From Mobula hypostoma (lineage: Eukaryota), in assembly GCF_963921235.1 (NCBI RefSeq), contig NC_086097.1:97714001-97778000 (forward strand): a stretch of 64,000 nt of DNA. Direction: 5' to 3'. The first letter of the stretch is position 1. Every line of letters starts with the position of its first letter. Shown one piece after another: positions 62,294-64,000 of the stretch. Under the pieces are notes generated by a model. The model saw only the letters and a program-made list of their open reading frames with translations. It was not told the DNA's origin and searched no databases. The translations under genes and the position numbers were made by a program.

Positions 62294-64000
62294 GGGCTGA
62301 AATGTGTGTACCTCAATGCAAGAAGCATCAGGAACAAAGGTGATGAACTGAGAGCTTGGATACATACATGGAATTATGATGTAATGGCCATTACAGAGAC
62401 TTGGCTGGCACCAGGGCAGGAATGGATTCTCAATATTCCTGGATTTCAGTGCTTTAAAAGGGATAGAGAGAGCAGAAAAAGGGGAGGAGGGGTGGCATTA
62501 CTGGTCAGGGATACTATTACAGCTACAGAAAGGGTGGGTAATGTAGCAGGATCCTCTTTTGAGTCAATATGGGTGGAAGTCAGGAACAGGAAGGGAGCAG
62601 TTACTCTATTGGGGGTATTCTATAGGCTCCCTGGTAGCAGCAGGGATACAGAGGAGCAGATTGGGAGGCAGATTTTGGAAAGGTGCAAAAATAACAGGCT
62701 TGTTATCATGGGTGACTTTAACTTCCCTGATACTGATTGGCACCTGATTAGTTCCAAGGGTTTAGATGGGGCAGAGTTTGTTAAGTGTGTCCAGGACGGA
62801 TTCCTGTCACAGTATGTGGACAGGCCGACCAGGGGGAATGCCATACTAGATCTAAAACTAGGTAATGAACCGGGTCAGGTCACAGATTTCTCAGTGGGTG
62901 AGCATCTGGGGGGCAGTGACCACCGCTCCCTGCCCTTTGGCATTATCATGGAAAAGGATAGAATCAGAGAGGACAGAAAAATTTTTAATTGGGGAAAGGC
63001 AAATTATGAGGCTATTAGGCTAGAACTTGCGGGTGTGAATTGGAATGATGTTTTTGCAGGGAAATGTACTATGGACATGTGGTCGATGTTTAGAGATCTC
63101 TTGCGGGATGTTAGGGATAAATTTGTCCCGGTGAGGAAGATAAAGAATAGTAGGGTGAAGGAACCATGGGTGACAAGTGAGGTGGAAACTCTAGTCCGGT
63201 GGAAGAAGGCAGCATACATGAGGTTTAGGAAGCAAGGGGGATCAGATGGGTCTATTGAGGAATATAGGGAAGCAAGAAAGGAGCTTAAGAAGGGGCTGAG
63301 AAGAGCAAGAAGGGGGCATGAGAAGGCCTTGGTGAGTAGGGTAAAGGAAAACCCCAAGGCATTCTTCAATTATGTGAAGAAGAAAAGGATGACAGGAGTG
63401 AAGGTAGGACCGATTAGAGATAAAGGTGGGAAGATGTGCCTGGAGGCTGTGGAAGTGAGCGAGGTCCTCAATGAATACTTCTCTTCGGTATTCACCAATG
63501 AGAGGGAACTTGATGGTGAGGACAATATGAGTGAGGTTGATGTTCCGGAGCATGTTGATATTAAGGGAGAGGAGGTGTTGGAGTTGTTAAAATACATTAG
63601 GACAGATAAGTCCCCGGGGCCTGACAGAATATTCCCCAGGCTGCTCCATGAGGCGAGAGAAGAGATTGCTGAGCCTCTGGCTAGGATCTTTATGTCCTCG
63701 TTGTCCACGGGAATGGTACCGGAGGATTGGAGGGAGGCGAATGTTGTCCCCTTGTTCAAAAAAGGTAGTAGGGATAGTCTGGGTAATTATAGACCAGTGA
63801 GCCTTACGTCTGTGGTGGGAAAGCTGTTGGAAAAGATTCTTAGAGATAGGATCTATAGGCATTTAGAGAATCATGGTCTGATCAGGGACAGTCAGCATGG
63901 CTTTGTGAAGGGCAGATCATGTCTAACAAGCCTGATAGAGTTCTTTGAGGAGGTGACCAGGCATATAGATGAGGGTAGTGCAGTGGGTGTGATCTGTATA
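62294..64000 (+). CDS. CR1 ORF2 (endonuclease, linker, start of RT), apparently open to the window end; start codon not defined
   Basis: Manual translation GLKCVYLNARSI...AITETWL...MGDFNFP...SDH...DKSPGPD...[15 protein letters not shown]...NYRPVSLTS...SQHGFVKGRSC with no stop seen. Confidence 0.85.

Larger units (their letters stand above)
60880..64000 (+). mobile_element. Young CR1 LINE, 5' UTR + ORF1 + ORF2 (runs off the window)
   Basis: 62-bp direct repeats in the 5' UTR; ORF1 with Zn finger and esterase; ORF2 EN-RT. Confidence 0.93.

Noticed and set aside
63004..63862. Several - strand ORFs
   Set aside because: Antisense shadows of CR1 ORF2.

Overview
Eukaryotic (vertebrate) genomic DNA. 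The repeat landscape (abundant CR1, Penelope-like, Rex1/Babar, V-SINE/Deu-SINE-like elements) suggests a cartilaginous fish (inference). The window holds the 3' 15 coding exons of VPS39 (Vam6, HOPS subunit) on the + strand (4706-53745). All junctions are GT-AG and in phase, 1671 nt of CDS giving 556 aa plus stop; the 5' exons lie upstream of the window. Introns and downstream sequence are packed with transposons: a near-complete L1 nested inside a Penelope-like element (PLE), a young near-intact PLE, several CR1 LINEs (one with ORF1 esterase and an ORF2 open to the window edge), Rex1/Babar and RTE fragments, and Harbinger, Tc1 and hAT-like DNA transposon derivatives. The most striking pattern is five independent PLE insertions (0.19-7.6 kb). 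Each has an inverted copy of its 3' end, a single unpaired ~35-45 nt tail and an 11-15 bp TSD, and most carry a complete or degenerate minimal hammerhead ribozyme motif. They put long fold-back RNAs and ribozyme motifs into the VPS39 pre-mRNA.
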